From positions 1-64,000 of IMG/VR virus record IMGVR_UViG_3300025438_000010: a stretch of DNA of 64,000 nucleotides; one strand, 5' to 3'. Source of the DNA: a virus. Every line of letters begins with the position of its first letter. Within the stretch, counting starts at the first letter, position 1. Shown here in pieces: positions 18,823-29,177 of the stretch. Below the pieces are notes generated by a model. The model was not told the DNA's origin, made no database searches, and was given only the letters and a program-made list of their open reading frames with translations. A program made the position numbers and the translations under genes.

Positions 18823-19539
18823 ATGAAGCTCAAGCGTTCCAAGGACCGGAAGGTCACCAATCTAGTCACACCGAACGGGAAGGCCCCGTCCATTGCTAAC
18901 ACCTTTGGACTACCAGCAGGTAAGGCCTACTCATGCCCCGGCGCGACGTCCATCTGTGAGAGTGTCTGCTACGCGGGCAAGCTCGAGAAGGTATACAAGA
19001 ACGTCAAGGCGGTCCTGGTACACAACTGGGAACTGCTGAAGGACGCGGATCTCGATGAGATGCGACGACTACTCACTGAGATGGTCGACGACTTCATCAC
19101 GGACTGCAACCGACGGCAAGCGCCTAAGGACTTCAGAATCCACTGGGACGGCGACTTCTTCTCGGACACCTACGCTATGGCGTGGAGGATGACGATGGAG
19201 TCACGGCCCGAGGTCAACTTCTGGGTCTACACCCGGACCATGAGTGCGGCACGGTTGCTCAAAGGCACATCCAATCTGTCCCTGTACTTCTCGGCAGACA
19301 ACGAGAACATGCCGATAGCGCTCACGTTACGGCGTGAAGGGATACTGCTTGCCTACCTGGCGGATACTTTTCAGGAAGGTCAGGCACGGATGAAAGAGGC
19401 AACGGGCAAGCCCGGAGCCAAATGCCCGGAGAACACTAAGCAGATCCCATTGATTAGTGTCAACGGCTCGGCATGCATGGTGTGCCAGCTATGTCCTAAG
19501 GGCAAGGCTGACATCGTATTCAGTGCCAGCAAGTCCTAG
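18823..19539 (+). CDS. Gp88-like protein
   Basis: CPGATSIC..CYA, FRIHWDGDF, WVYTR. Confidence 0.75.
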   Translation: MKLKRSKDRKVTNLVTPNGKAPSIANTFGLPAGKAYSCPGATSICESVCYAGKLEKVYKNVKAVLVHNWELLKDADLDEMRRLLTEMVDDFITDCNRRQAPKDFRIHWDGDFFSDTYAMAWRMTMESRPEVNFWVYTRTMSAARLLKGTSNLSLYFSADNENMPIALTLRREGILLAYLADTFQEGQARMKEATGKPGAKCPENTKQIPLISVNGSACMVCQLCPKGKADIVFSASKS

Positions 19540-19633
19540 CGGAGTCCCCCGGTGAGAGCCGGGGGTACTTCCGTAAAAAATAAAATTGCTTGGAGATATA
19601 ATAAAGATAGCAACGACGAAAAGGAGCAAGACA

Positions 19634-19855
19634 ATGGAAACAACTGAGATGACAAATTTCTACCGGAAGCACTACGGAGTTTTGGTAGGGAGAAAAATAA
19701 TCGCAATACGATCAATGTACCCCGAAGAGATGAAACTTTTTATGTGGTACGGAGACCCCGGTGTGGTTATTGAGACCGACAAGGGACTGATTGTCCCCTC
19801 GAGCGACCCGGAAGGCAACTCTCCCGGACAGCTACTGCTAGACGGATTCGAGTAG
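19634..19855 (+). CDS. hypothetical protein
   Basis: AAGGAG SD; PSSDPEGN. Confidence 0.7.
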   Translation: METTEMTNFYRKHYGVLVGRKIIAIRSMYPEEMKLFMWYGDPGVVIETDKGLIVPSSDPEGNSPGQLLLDGFE

Positions 19856-19941
19856 TCCGTAAAAAATTGGGGAGCCTCTCGCTATAATAAAAACAGATAG
19901 CGAGGGGCTTCCCTCAAAAAAAACGACAAAAGGAGAATGAC

Positions 19942-20586
19942 ATGCCTAACTGGGTATCTAATCAAATAAATATCACGGGACCTAAAGAAGAACTCGATAG
20001 GCTCCAAAAGCAAGCCGCAACGCCTTACCAGACTAAATCGTCTGTACTCACCGAAGACGGATTCGAGTGGGTGGACGCAGAGAACCAGGAGGAACTTTCA
20101 TTCTGGAACTTTGTCAGTCCCGACGAATCAATCCTGGAGGAGTATTTTGGCCCGGAGGCTAACAAGACTCTGGAGCAAGCGCTTCGACACGAGACCAACC
20201 ACTGGTACGACTGGAATGTCCGCAACTGGGGAGTCAAGTGGGACGCCAGCTATGTGGGAGTGACCCAAGTGTCTGACACGGAGATTGCCTACACCTTTGA
20301 GACACCGTGGGACGCAGTCGTTCCGGTATTCCTGAAGATGGTGGAGGAGTATCCTGCCCTTGACTTCGAGTACCGATATCTGGAGGAGCAAGGCTGGGGA
20401 GGGGAGCTTCACGCCTCAGAAGGTATCTACTGGATAATGGACGAGTGGGAGATTCCGGAGACACACGAAGACCGCGTGGACAAAATTGGCTACTGCCACT
20501 GTGCGGAGGTCGGCACGCGCGAGGAGGACATCAAGTACTTGTTCGACGATTGTCCCCCAAAAATGGTCTTGATGGCCAGCAAGTAA
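19942..20586 (+). CDS. YubB/DUF1281 ferredoxin-like domain protein
   Basis: MPNWVSN, WYDWNVRNWGVKW, FETPW. Confidence 0.8.
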   Translation: MPNWVSNQINITGPKEELDRLQKQAATPYQTKSSVLTEDGFEWVDAENQEELSFWNFVSPDESILEEYFGPEANKTLEQALRHETNHWYDWNVRNWGVKWDASYVGVTQVSDTEIAYTFETPWDAVVPVFLKMVEEYPALDFEYRYLEEQGWGGELHASEGIYWIMDEWEIPETHEDRVDKIGYCHCAEVGTREEDIKYLFDDCPPKMVLMASK

Positions 20587-20643
20587 GATACTGGAGGGGG
20601 CGAGTAACGGCTCGCCCTCTCTAGTCCTAGAAAAGGAAGAAAA

Positions 20644-20919
20644 ATGGAAGAAGAAACAGAAACTATCGGCGAGGTCGAAAGAACTCTTCACTACTTCGCT
20701 GATGACGGTAACTATGGGTCTGCGGACGGACTTACGATCATGGAGTCTACCCATTGGGACGAAATTGATTGGTCAATTATTGAGGGAGCACCCGAGCACT
20801 TCCGCCCAATGGTTGCCCGGTTGATTACAGAAAGCTATGAACCGGACGCTAATGAACAAGCCCTACGCGCTGAGTTTGCTAAGTACGGGGTTGACATTAG
20901 TGACTATGAGAAAGACTAG
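20644..20919 (+). CDS. acidic hypothetical protein
   Basis: AAGGAAG SD. Confidence 0.7.
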   Translation: MEEETETIGEVERTLHYFADDGNYGSADGLTIMESTHWDEIDWSIIEGAPEHFRPMVARLITESYEPDANEQALRAEFAKYGVDISDYEKD

Positions 20920-21102
20920 TAAGTAACTGGGGGGAATTGACTTGGGGGTTTCCCGTCGTTTCCTCCACGGTGTTGGTGGTCACCGTTATCAAAATCACTA
21001 TTTTAGTTTCCGTAAAAAATGTCTGAGGTGGGAGATACAATAAAGACAACACAGCAACAAGCCCGTTGTTGTGAAAAAATGACGGAGTGAAAGGAGATAG
21101 CA

Positions 21103-21453
21103 ATGGCTATCGTCAGAAAGCGCAAGGTAAGCAAGGTTACGATTGTCGAGGACACCAAGACGGTCACCAAGACCGCCGTGGAACTTACGGACAGCGAGCA
21201 GGAAATCCTGGAGTCGTTTCTGAAGGCACGAACTGAAGAAACCGAAGCCAAGAAGGAGAAGGAACGCCTCTCCGCCCTGGTGAAGGACATTATCGGTGAC
21301 GCTCAGGTCGCTCTGGTGAACGGCGAAGTCCGAGTGGAGTTGCTCCGCTACCCACGAGTGACAATCGACTCGAAGTTGTTGTTCGAGAGTTTCACCGAAG
21401 CCTACGAAGCCACGGCACGCCAGTCCGTGGTCACCCGTATCCAAGCCAAGTAA
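21103..21453 (+). CDS. coiled-coil hypothetical protein
   Basis: GAAAGGAG SD. Confidence 0.75.
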   Translation: MAIVRKRKVSKVTIVEDTKTVTKTAVELTDSEQEILESFLKARTEETEAKKEKERLSALVKDIIGDAQVALVNGEVRVELLRYPRVTIDSKLLFESFTEAYEATARQSVVTRIQAK

Positions 21454-21509
21454 CACACGGGTCGGCTCCCCTCCGGGGGAGTCGGCTCACCCTAACGAAA
21501 GGAAACAAA

Positions 21510-21791
21510 ATGGGAAACATGACGGCACGAGAATTAGCGTTTCTAGGTAATGAAGGATTAGGACTAGACACCGCTATCTCATTCCACCTTACGAGCAATC
21601 ACTTTCCGCCGGTACCGACGATTATGGTCGGCGCGTGTGTCGAAGCGATAGACAACGCTAATGAAGGCGAGTGGGACAAGTTAGTCCAACTACCAGAAGG
21701 TGTGGGGTACCGGGGAAGGACTGTCGCACCGACAAAAGCGATCATTGAGCAACACCACCTTGACTCATTCCTAGACGACACCGAGGACTGA
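21510..21791 (+). CDS. hypothetical protein
   Basis: HLTSNHFPP...HHL; SD. Confidence 0.75.
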   Translation: MGNMTARELAFLGNEGLGLDTAISFHLTSNHFPPVPTIMVGACVEAIDNANEGEWDKLVQLPEGVGYRGRTVAPTKAIIEQHHLDSFLDDTED

Positions 21792-21903
21792 GCGACAAGG
21801 AAGCCCCTGAGAAATCAGGGGTTTCTTTGGTTCCGTAAAAAACTGAAGCGCACGGTTATACAATAGAAGCATACAGGGACAAGCCCTGGAAAAGGAGAAC
21901 GAC

Positions 21904-22245
21904 ATGAGTGATGTAGTAATTATCAAAACTGACGGTACTGTCGAAGCCCACAAGTTGTCCGGGGATTCAACCGCCGACTTCAACCTCATCAGAAACGCCG
22001 TCGAGGGCTTTGTGGAGCGAGTTCCTATCTCTGACTACACCCAACTGATGTGGGTGAACGAGGAGGGCAAGTTGCGTGGACTCCCCCACAACCCGAAGGC
22101 TCAGACCCTCTGGGACTCACAATGGGGAGCCGGAACTGACCGGATTGTGGGAAATGTGGTCATCACGGGTGACGACACCGAAGAAGGCGAAACAGGCACT
22201 CTCCCCGAAGGAGAAGCCGAACGGCTAGTGGCGCTACTGTCCTAG
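21904..22245 (+). CDS. DUF3846 domain protein
   Basis: VNEEGKLRGLPHN..A; IVGNVVITG. Confidence 0.8.
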   Translation: MSDVVIIKTDGTVEAHKLSGDSTADFNLIRNAVEGFVERVPISDYTQLMWVNEEGKLRGLPHNPKAQTLWDSQWGAGTDRIVGNVVITGDDTEEGETGTLPEGEAERLVALLS

Positions 22246-22378
22246 CCGACACGGAGAAGCCCCTGCTACGGCAGGGGTTTCTTTGTTCCGTAAAAAATGT
22301 AAAGGCGTGGCTATATAATAAAACTACTAGCCCAAACGGGTTAGTAAGACGGGAAACATAAAACGAAAGGGGCCAGAA

Positions 22379-22819
22379 ATGGCTAGAAGTATCGCAGTCC
22401 GTATCAAGACGGAGAAGGTTATAGCCTCGCTAGAAGCCTCACTTGAGAAGATGCAGCACGACAAGGAGAACGAGAAGCCACTCAGGGAGAAGTACGACAA
22501 GGAGTTGGAGGCTTGGACTCAGAAGGTCAAGAAGTACGCTCTCACCATGCCCAAGCCTAAGGACATGGACATGGTCGCGGTTGGGGGAGGCTACTACCAC
22601 CGTATTGCCTCGGACAACCCTGAGGATATTGCTGTTCAAATAGTCCTTGCGGTTCCGGCTAATAAGGTTCCAGAACGCCCCGAGGCTCCTGACGCTGTTG
22701 CGGCTTGGCAGTACCGTGATGCGGTGGAGAACATTGAGAACGCGCTCCGGTTGCTCCGTATGACCGACCAAGAAGAAATCAGCACGGGTACTTACAGCAA
22801 AATTGCTCAGTACCTCTAA
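22379..22819 (+). CDS. hypothetical protein
   Basis: 146 aa in cassette 9. Confidence 0.75.
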   Translation: MARSIAVRIKTEKVIASLEASLEKMQHDKENEKPLREKYDKELEAWTQKVKKYALTMPKPKDMDMVAVGGGYYHRIASDNPEDIAVQIVLAVPANKVPERPEAPDAVAAWQYRDAVENIENALRLLRMTDQEEISTGTYSKIAQYL

Positions 22820-22942
22820 CGGCTGGACAGCCCCTCACTACGGTGGGGGTTGTTCCCGTAAAAAATATCGGGCACGGTCTATACAATAAAGACATACCGA
22901 CACCGAGTAAAAGGCTGGGTGCGGTCTACTGAGGAGGTAGTA

Positions 22943-23272
22943 ATGATTATCGAGAGTGCGGTCAGGGATAGTTCCCTGGAGTTGTACCTGGACAATGCTC
23001 ACGGCATTGCCTTTGACACCTGCCACAAGATTTATGTCTTGATGGACAGCGAGCAGATGGGTCTGATGCGGGAGTATGAGTATGACCCTTTGATTTCTTC
23101 AGACGAGATGACACCTGCCGAGATGTACGAAACGGTGGCTGGCTGGTACGAGGAGTCTTGCCAACTGCGGTTTATCCAAGCCGTCACCACAGCCCCAGAT
23201 AACCCCAACGAGGGCTATGTAGATATAGTTCCCCAGTTCCTACTGTTCAACGAGGACGAGGACGAGGACTGA
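22943..23272 (+). CDS. acidic hypothetical protein
   Basis: GAGGAGG SD; FDTCHKIY. Confidence 0.75.
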   Translation: MIIESAVRDSSLELYLDNAHGIAFDTCHKIYVLMDSEQMGLMREYEYDPLISSDEMTPAEMYETVAGWYEESCQLRFIQAVTTAPDNPNEGYVDIVPQFLLFNEDEDED

Positions 23273-23366
23273 TAAGGAGAGTGCCCCTCTACGGAGGGGT
23301 ACTTTCCGTAAAAAGTGGCGTGGTGCGCCGATACAATAAAGACACGGACAGCAAAGGAGGACAATT

Positions 23367-23549
23367 ATGTCTGAAAAAGTGACGGTGGCACACCTGCCTA
23401 CCTGTAACTTCTGTACCAACCTGGCAGGATATGACGCTAGGACGGTGTTAGGCGCGTGGGCTTACCTATGCGAGGAACATTTCTACCCCATGACCGAGGG
23501 ACGGCTTGGGACTGGCTACGGTCAGAAACTAATCCTGGAGGAGGCATGA
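23367..23549 (+). CDS. small Zn-binding phage protein
   Basis: CNFC...YDART..WAYLC..H. Confidence 0.75.
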   Translation: MSEKVTVAHLPTCNFCTNLAGYDARTVLGAWAYLCEEHFYPMTEGRLGTGYGQKLILEEA

Positions 23550-23692
23550 TGGCAATAGTAGTTAGGCGCTACGGCGTTACACCAACACGCGCCGGTCTGG
23601 TATCGACCTGCGTGGAGTGTGGGAGAGTATTCGACCTCACCGATGAAACTGACGCTAACGAGTTAGCCTACGGACACGACTGCGAGGTGTGA
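23546..23692 (+). CDS. small Zn-binding protein
   Basis: CVEC...GHDC. Confidence 0.65.
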   Translation: MMAIVVRRYGVTPTRAGLVSTCVECGRVFDLTDETDANELAYGHDCEV

Positions 23693-23790
23693 GTGACACG
23701 GCACGCCCCCTCTCCGGAGGGGGTGCTGTCGTTGTCCCGTAAAAAATTGGGAGTAGTGGGAATAAAATAAAGGTATCAACGGGAGGAGGA

Positions 23791-23967
23791 ATGATGATAT
23801 GTCAATACTGTAATGAGAACCCTGTCCGGGAAGGCTGGGCTATCACCTGCGCCGTGTGTACTTTCATGTGTACACGGTGCAAGGAGGACACACCCTACGA
23901 ATTAGGAGTGTCCTGGGATAGGTACTGTGACCCCTGCGGTGTTGCGGTGGCTTCTGTCCCATTCTAA
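23791..23967 (+). CDS. Cys-rich small protein
   Basis: GGAGGAGG SD; 4 CxxC. Confidence 0.6.
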   Translation: MMICQYCNENPVREGWAITCAVCTFMCTRCKEDTPYELGVSWDRYCDPCGVAVASVPF

Positions 23968-24086
23968 GCGACTCCCCCTCTCCGGAGGGGGTTTCGCCGT
24001 TCCGTAAAAAACATGGAGGGGGGCTTATACAATAAAGACATGACGGGGGGACACTAGGGCTTTCCGCATAACCTGAGGAGGACACC

Positions 24087-24425
24087 ATGGGTGACCGTTC
24101 GAATATCGCGATTGTCTACCACACCGGAGAAACTATCTACCTGTACGGGCATTGGCTCGGGCATGAAAGTCAGAGGATTGTCGCACGCGCAATTTCTGAG
24201 GGCAGGCGAATGGAAGACGAGTCTTATTTCGCTCGGATTCTTTTTAGCAAAATGATTGCTGAGGACATTGCCGGCGAAACCGGCTTCGGTATCGCACCGT
24301 ATGAGGTAGACCAGGACTACGGCAATCCCACAGTTACCGTGGATTTTCGTGACCACACGGTGATGCACGACAACTGGGATAACGCTGTCCCGTTCGCTGA
24401 CTACCCCCGGCTAGTACTGGTATAG
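24087..24425 (+). CDS. hypothetical phage protein
   Basis: MGDRSNI...YLYGHW.G. Confidence 0.75.
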   Translation: MGDRSNIAIVYHTGETIYLYGHWLGHESQRIVARAISEGRRMEDESYFARILFSKMIAEDIAGETGFGIAPYEVDQDYGNPTVTVDFRDHTVMHDNWDNAVPFADYPRLVLV

Positions 24426-24539
24426 CCTGACGGGAGCCCCTCACTTCGGTGAGGGGCTACCCCGTTCCGTAAAAAATTGGCTACGGCATGGATACAATAA
24501 AGACAACAGCAGGGGAAATACCCCTACGGGAGGAGAGTC

Positions 24540-24875
24540 ATGGATACGGCTACGGTAGTAGGATTGGTGGCTACTACACCACGATATGTAGAAACTATTG
24601 ACGGGAAGCGTGTTTTATCTTTTCGTCTGGCGTGCCCTCAGAAGGGTTACGACAGGGACACCGGCGAGTGGGTGCCTAAAGACACAAACTGGTACACGGT
24701 GCTGTGCTTTGACGATGTAGCAAGCGACTGTGTCGACAGGGTTGGCAAGGGGAGTCGGATTGTTGTAGTTGGTAATCTGATGAAAGTCACAGATTGGTCT
24801 GCTGACAGCCCCTCGGGTACTTCGGTAGAAATACACGCCCACACCCTGGGTAACCTGGGGAAGAACATATCCTAA
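24540..24875 (+). CDS. ssb: single-stranded DNA-binding protein (OB-fold, no acidic tail)
   Basis: TVVG.VAT.P, SFRLA, T.WYTV, KG.RIVV.G. Confidence 0.75.
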   Translation: MDTATVVGLVATTPRYVETIDGKRVLSFRLACPQKGYDRDTGEWVPKDTNWYTVLCFDDVASDCVDRVGKGSRIVVVGNLMKVTDWSADSPSGTSVEIHAHTLGNLGKNIS

Positions 24876-24967
24876 CGGTAACCCCCTCTCCGGAGGGGGA
24901 TTACCCGTCTCCGTAAAAAATCACACGGTGCTTCGGTACAATAAAGATATGGAAAGGAGGTCAGCAA

Positions 24968-25171
24968 ATGTCTGACATAAAATACCCTGAGGTGGAAGTA
25001 GAACTGGTAGGACAGGACGGCAACGCGTTCGCTGTTATGGCAAGAGTGAGCAAGGCTCTCCGCCGGGCTAGTGTGGCTCAGCAGGAGATTGACGAGTACC
25101 TCAAGGAATCTACCTCTGGGGACTACGACCACCTAGTGGCAACCGCCACCCGGTGGGTTACGGTTCACTAA
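24968..25171 (+). CDS. conserved phage small protein
   Basis: LVGQDGNAFA...SGDYDHL. Confidence 0.8.
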   Translation: MSDIKYPEVEVELVGQDGNAFAVMARVSKALRRASVAQQEIDEYLKESTSGDYDHLVATATRWVTVH

Positions 25172-25299
25172 CCCCACACGGCACTAGCCCCTCTTCGGAG
25201 GGGTTATTGTCGTCCGTAAAAAATGCGGTGAGGACACCATACAATAAAGACATAGACAAGGAGGCACTAGAACTCTTTGCTATAACCTGAGGAGGAACT

Positions 25300-25521
25300 A
25301 TGTACGAGGTCGAGACCAGAATGGTCATAACCACACCACGGTGTCCCGAGTGCGGAGAGGCTGGCATTCTCCAAATCCCGGCAGACGGCTACGACCGCTG
25401 GGCAGAGGGTGCGCTTATTCAAGAAGCCTTTCCCAACCTTTCCCTAGCCCTTAGGGAACAACTGAAGACCGGCTATCACGGCGCTTGCTGGGATACGGCT
25501 TTTGGACCCGTCCCTTTTTAG
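25300..25521 (+). CDS. small Zn-binding protein
   Basis: CPECG...LIQEAFP...HGACW. Confidence 0.75.
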   Translation: MYEVETRMVITTPRCPECGEAGILQIPADGYDRWAEGALIQEAFPNLSLALREQLKTGYHGACWDTAFGPVPF

Positions 25522-25650
25522 CCCCACACGGCAATTCCCCGGCTTAGGCTGGGGTTTTGTCGTCCCGTAAAAAATGAGGGAACACGGGAATATAATAAAG
25601 ACATAGACACCAAGCAAAAGGCTTAGTGTCACTACCCTGGAGGAGTACCT

Positions 25651-25926
25651 ATGAGTACACGGGCAAAGGTAAGGGCAAAAGTCCTTGCAGATGGTGGGAC
25701 CTTTGAGGAGGGCTACACCGGCTGGGCAAGCGACACCTACTGGGTCGAGGTAACACTCTCCGATTCAGAAACGGTGTGGGCTTGTGAGGCGACAGAGTAC
25801 GACAGCCTCTGGACCCTGAGGGTCGAGCAAGAGGATAGCGAAACTCGCGCTCAGATGTGGAGCTATGTCTGGGACAAGGTACGCTTTCCCGTAGTTCGCC
25901 GTGATAGCTTCTCACAAGCTGTCTAA
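25651..25926 (+). CDS. hypothetical protein
   Basis: GGAGGAG SD. Confidence 0.7.
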   Translation: MSTRAKVRAKVLADGGTFEEGYTGWASDTYWVEVTLSDSETVWACEATEYDSLWTLRVEQEDSETRAQMWSYVWDKVRFPVVRRDSFSQAV

Positions 25927-26051
25927 CCCCCAAGCCCCTGTCAGAAATGGCAGGGGTTCCTGGGGTGCCGTAAAAAAATTCTATCGAAGGTCGTACAATA
26001 AAGACAACGGCACACGGGGTACGCCTGTGAGCCACTACCTGAGGAGGCACT

Positions 26052-26165
26052 ATGAGTGACAACCCTTTCGACAACCTGGACATTATCAACCAGGACGCGA
26101 TTGACGCGATGGATGACGAAACCGTCAAGACGGTTTGGGAAATCCTTACCAAAGCCGGCTACTAG
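26052..26165 (+). CDS. 37-aa acidic peptide
   Basis: GAGGAGG SD; MSDNPFDNLDIIN... Confidence 0.65.
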   Translation: MSDNPFDNLDIINQDAIDAMDDETVKTVWEILTKAGY

Positions 26166-26222
26166 GCGAGAGAGGGCGGGGAAACCCGCTCTCTCCCCCT
26201 ACCCCAACAGAAAGAGGAAAGA

Positions 26223-26450
26223 ATGTTAGAAAGAATTACACGGGTAAATTACTACTGGAAAGACACGGTAATCCCTGGAGATACTGACGCACAAGTAGTT
26301 ATCCTGAACGATAGCGACAAGTACGAACAAATGTCTAATGATGGAAGTTTCGATGAGCGTATCTGGTTCTACTTTCAGAATGAAGATGAGTTCCAACGAG
26401 CCTTTGACCCCGCTAACACGGAGTTCGAGTTCGTCCTCACCGGAGGATAG
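26223..26450 (+). CDS. acidic hypothetical protein
   Basis: 75 aa; SD. Confidence 0.7.
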   Translation: MLERITRVNYYWKDTVIPGDTDAQVVILNDSDKYEQMSNDGSFDERIWFYFQNEDEFQRAFDPANTEFEFVLTGG

Positions 26451-26591
26451 GTTTTCCTCCCAGGGAAAAAGCACAAGCCCCGCCATTTCTGGCGGGGTTT
26501 TGTGTGTCCGTAAAAAGTTAGGGGACACGGGGATACAATAAAAACATCAGCACGGAACAAGCGGTGTTCTGTGTCTAACCCTGGAGGAACT

Positions 26592-26747
26592 ATGTATTAC
26601 TTTGTTACGGTTATAGAAAAAGCCTCACGAGAGATTGTGGCGACTTATCTTGACGCCTTTGAGTCTGACGCTCACGAGAGGGCTCAGACCATTGGAACCA
26701 TTGAAGGCTACGCGGTGTTCATTACTAGTGGTGACCCACTCTCATAG
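26592..26747 (+). CDS. 51-aa hypothetical protein
   Basis: GGAGG SD in cassette 19. Confidence 0.65.
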   Translation: MYYFVTVIEKASREIVATYLDAFESDAHERAQTIGTIEGYAVFITSGDPLS

Positions 26748-26873
26748 CAACTAGGGGAGCCCCAGCTTAGGCTGGGGTTTCTGCTGTCCGTAAAATTCGA
26801 TCGACACGGACGATACAATAAAAGCACAGACAGGGACACAAGGTTTCTGTCCTAACCCTGGAGGATAGCAATT

Positions 26874-27062
26874 ATGCGTTCACACGATGGATTGGCAGAA
26901 TGGGCTTTGGAACAAGCCACCACACGGGAGCAAATTGCTCACCACATCGAGCGTTTGCGCGATGATGCCCTGATGATTCACGACTACCCCGAGCAGGCTA
27001 TCGCCTTTATCGAGGACGAACTCCGTGAGATTCGGGTGCTACTGGCTAGGGATTCAGACTAG
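26874..27062 (+). CDS. hypothetical helical protein
   Basis: cassette 20. Confidence 0.7.
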   Translation: MRSHDGLAEWALEQATTREQIAHHIERLRDDALMIHDYPEQAIAFIEDELREIRVLLARDSD

Positions 27063-27179
27063 CCAGACACGGAACCCCTCTCCGGAGGGGTTTCGGTCGT
27101 CCGTAAAAATCGATCGAAGGACGGAATACAATAAAAACATCAGCACGGAAATACCGGGCGATTGCTGGGAGGAGTGGCT

Positions 27180-27386
27180 ATGCCCACTTTGGTTGTCACG
27201 GACACCAACAAGATTGGTGTCGATGGTTTGGTGGAAAGGCTTGCCGACCACATCATTATGGTAGTCGATAGGCGCGGGTATGGTGAGCAGGACAATGTCC
27301 ACACCATCACGCTTGCCGACACCATTCGCAACACGGAGGCGCACGGGCTTGCCTGTCGCCTAGGGTTTCTCGCCCACATCGAGTAG
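27180..27386 (+). CDS. hypothetical protein
   Basis: GGAGGAG SD; start MPTL. Confidence 0.7.
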   Translation: MPTLVVTDTNKIGVDGLVERLADHIIMVVDRRGYGEQDNVHTITLADTIRNTEAHGLACRLGFLAHIE

Positions 27387-27516
27387 CCCTGCCCATACTG
27401 TCCCCTCTCCGGAGGGGATAGTGTGCGTTTGCTGTCCGTAAAATTCGATCGAAGCACGGAATATAATAAAGACACAAGCACACGGGAACCCCTGTGGCTT
27501 ACCTGAGGAGGAACTA

Positions 27517-27600
27517 ATGAGTGAAAATATGTGTTCAGGCTGTGGCGATATCTGCCGGGCAAGTGAATCAAAGTGCGGTATCTGTAGAGGGGGGTGGTGA
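27517..27600 (+). CDS. 27-aa CxxC-CxxC peptide
   Basis: GAGGAGG SD. Confidence 0.55.
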   Translation: MSENMCSGCGDICRASESKCGICRGGW

Positions 27601-27603
27601 GAG

Positions 27604-27780
27604 ATGGGCATCACGGAAATGTTCCAACTGATTCGCCAAGTCTGGTCAGACTCTATGTCAGACAATGGCGCTATCTGGGAACGCTCTAACGCGGAACTAC
27701 AGAATGCTAAGGCTAACTACCCCGACCTGTACGAAGAAGCCCTGGCTATGGCATACGAGGCGAGTGTGAATCAACGATGA
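27604..27780 (+). CDS. hypothetical protein
   Basis: ATGA overlap with next gene. Confidence 0.6.
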   Translation: MGITEMFQLIRQVWSDSMSDNGAIWERSNAELQNAKANYPDLYEEALAMAYEASVNQR

Positions 27781-27980
27781 GCCAGACACCAGACACGGCT
27801 TATGGGGTAACGCTCAGTTTCACATTCCACGAGCCACGGAACAAGACACGGGAAGAAGCCGAGCGCTTTATCAACGAGTATGTGAGCAGACTCGCCGAGA
27901 ATGACGAGAGTGACCTACCCGAAGTCCGATGGGACGATGTGGAGTGGAACATCGTGGAACTACTGCCAGAAGCACAGTAA
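27777..27980 (+). CDS. acidic hypothetical protein
   Basis: 67 aa. Confidence 0.65.
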   Translation: MSQTPDTAYGVTLSFTFHEPRNKTREEAERFINEYVSRLAENDESDLPEVRWDDVEWNIVELLPEAQ

Positions 27981-28109
27981 GCCACAAGCAAGCCCCTGGC
28001 GAGAGCCGGGGGTTTTGCTGTCCCGTAAAATTCGATCGAAGCACGGAATATAATAAAGACATAGCACAAGGGCACAAGGTCCTAGTGCTCTAACCCTGAG
28101 GAGAAAGAA

Positions 28110-28430
28110 ATGCTGAAAGAGAAACTGACCACACTGCCGGAGTTGTACAGCACGGACGAGACGAAGGGCGACCTGCCTGCTGTTTATGTGTTCACACCAG
28201 ACGCTGGAGCGACCTGGGTGCTTTGGGAGTACAGCCCCGAAGAAGGACTGGCGTTCGGGCTGTGCGACCTGGGCTTGGGCTTTCCCGAGATGGGATATGT
28301 CTCAGTCCCCGAGTTGGAATCACTACGCGGTAAGTTTGGCTTGCCTGTCGAGGTAGACACCAGCGTCACCACACGGTTCCAGGGCTACGAGAAGGCTGGA
28401 GTGTCGACCCCTGAGTACCTGATGGCTTGA
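28110..28430 (+). CDS. DUF2958 domain protein
   Basis: FTPDAGATW, FGLCDLGLGFPEMGYVS..EL. Confidence 0.85.
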   Translation: MLKEKLTTLPELYSTDETKGDLPAVYVFTPDAGATWVLWEYSPEEGLAFGLCDLGLGFPEMGYVSVPELESLRGKFGLPVEVDTSVTTRFQGYEKAGVSTPEYLMA

Positions 28431-28539
28431 GAGCCGTACCCCCCAGCCCCCACTCCGGTGAGGGTTGGGGCAGTGTGCTCGTAAAATTCGATCGAAGCAC
28501 GGGTTATACTAAAAACATCACAAGGGAAAGGAGACAATA

Positions 28540-28692
28540 ATGTCTTACACTTACAAAATAGTGTTTGTGATAATCACCCTGGGAGTGGTACTCTCTTTCC
28601 ACGACACCTACTGGCCTTGGGCTATGGTTCCTCTGGTGCTTTCGGCACTGGTTGGCGCTATTGGGCTCAGGCTCGGGGGTCGAGGAAAATAA
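28540..28692 (+). CDS. small 2-TM membrane protein
   Basis: AAAGGAG SD; hydrophobic. Confidence 0.6.
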   Translation: MSYTYKIVFVIITLGVVLSFHDTYWPWAMVPLVLSALVGAIGLRLGGRGK

Positions 28693-28834
28693 GTTTTCCT
28701 CCCAGGGGAAAAGGCAGACCCCCTACTTCGGTAGGGGGTTCTGTCATTCCGTAAAAAAGACATAGCACGGAGAATATAATAAAGACATAGACAGGGAGAC
28801 AAAAGGGCTTTCTGCTATAACCTGGGAGGTCATT

Positions 28835-29044
28835 ATGGCTAAGCAGTTTCGAGTCCTCGCAAGCAAGTCGGGCTTCAAGACGTTCGACTTCACTTATGAC
28901 GCACACGAGGAGTCATACGCTCGCAAGGTCGCTAACACACTGAGCGATGAAAATTGGTCAGTGTGGTTTGAGACCCTCGATGACAAGCACCAGAGTGCGG
29001 TCATCAACGACCTAGACTTTGTCTTCGGCAAGACACAGTTCTAA
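28835..29044 (+). CDS. hypothetical protein
   Basis: cassette 25. Confidence 0.7.
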   Translation: MAKQFRVLASKSGFKTFDFTYDAHEESYARKVANTLSDENWSVWFETLDDKHQSAVINDLDFVFGKTQF

Positions 29045-29177
29045 GGCGCACGGCAGACCCCTGGCTTCGGCTAGGGGTTTTGTCGTTCCCCGTAAAATTC
29101 GATCAACACGACTTGTAGAATAGAGATATCACAGAGAGACACTAGGGCTTTCTGGATATCTGGGAAGGAAACAAATT

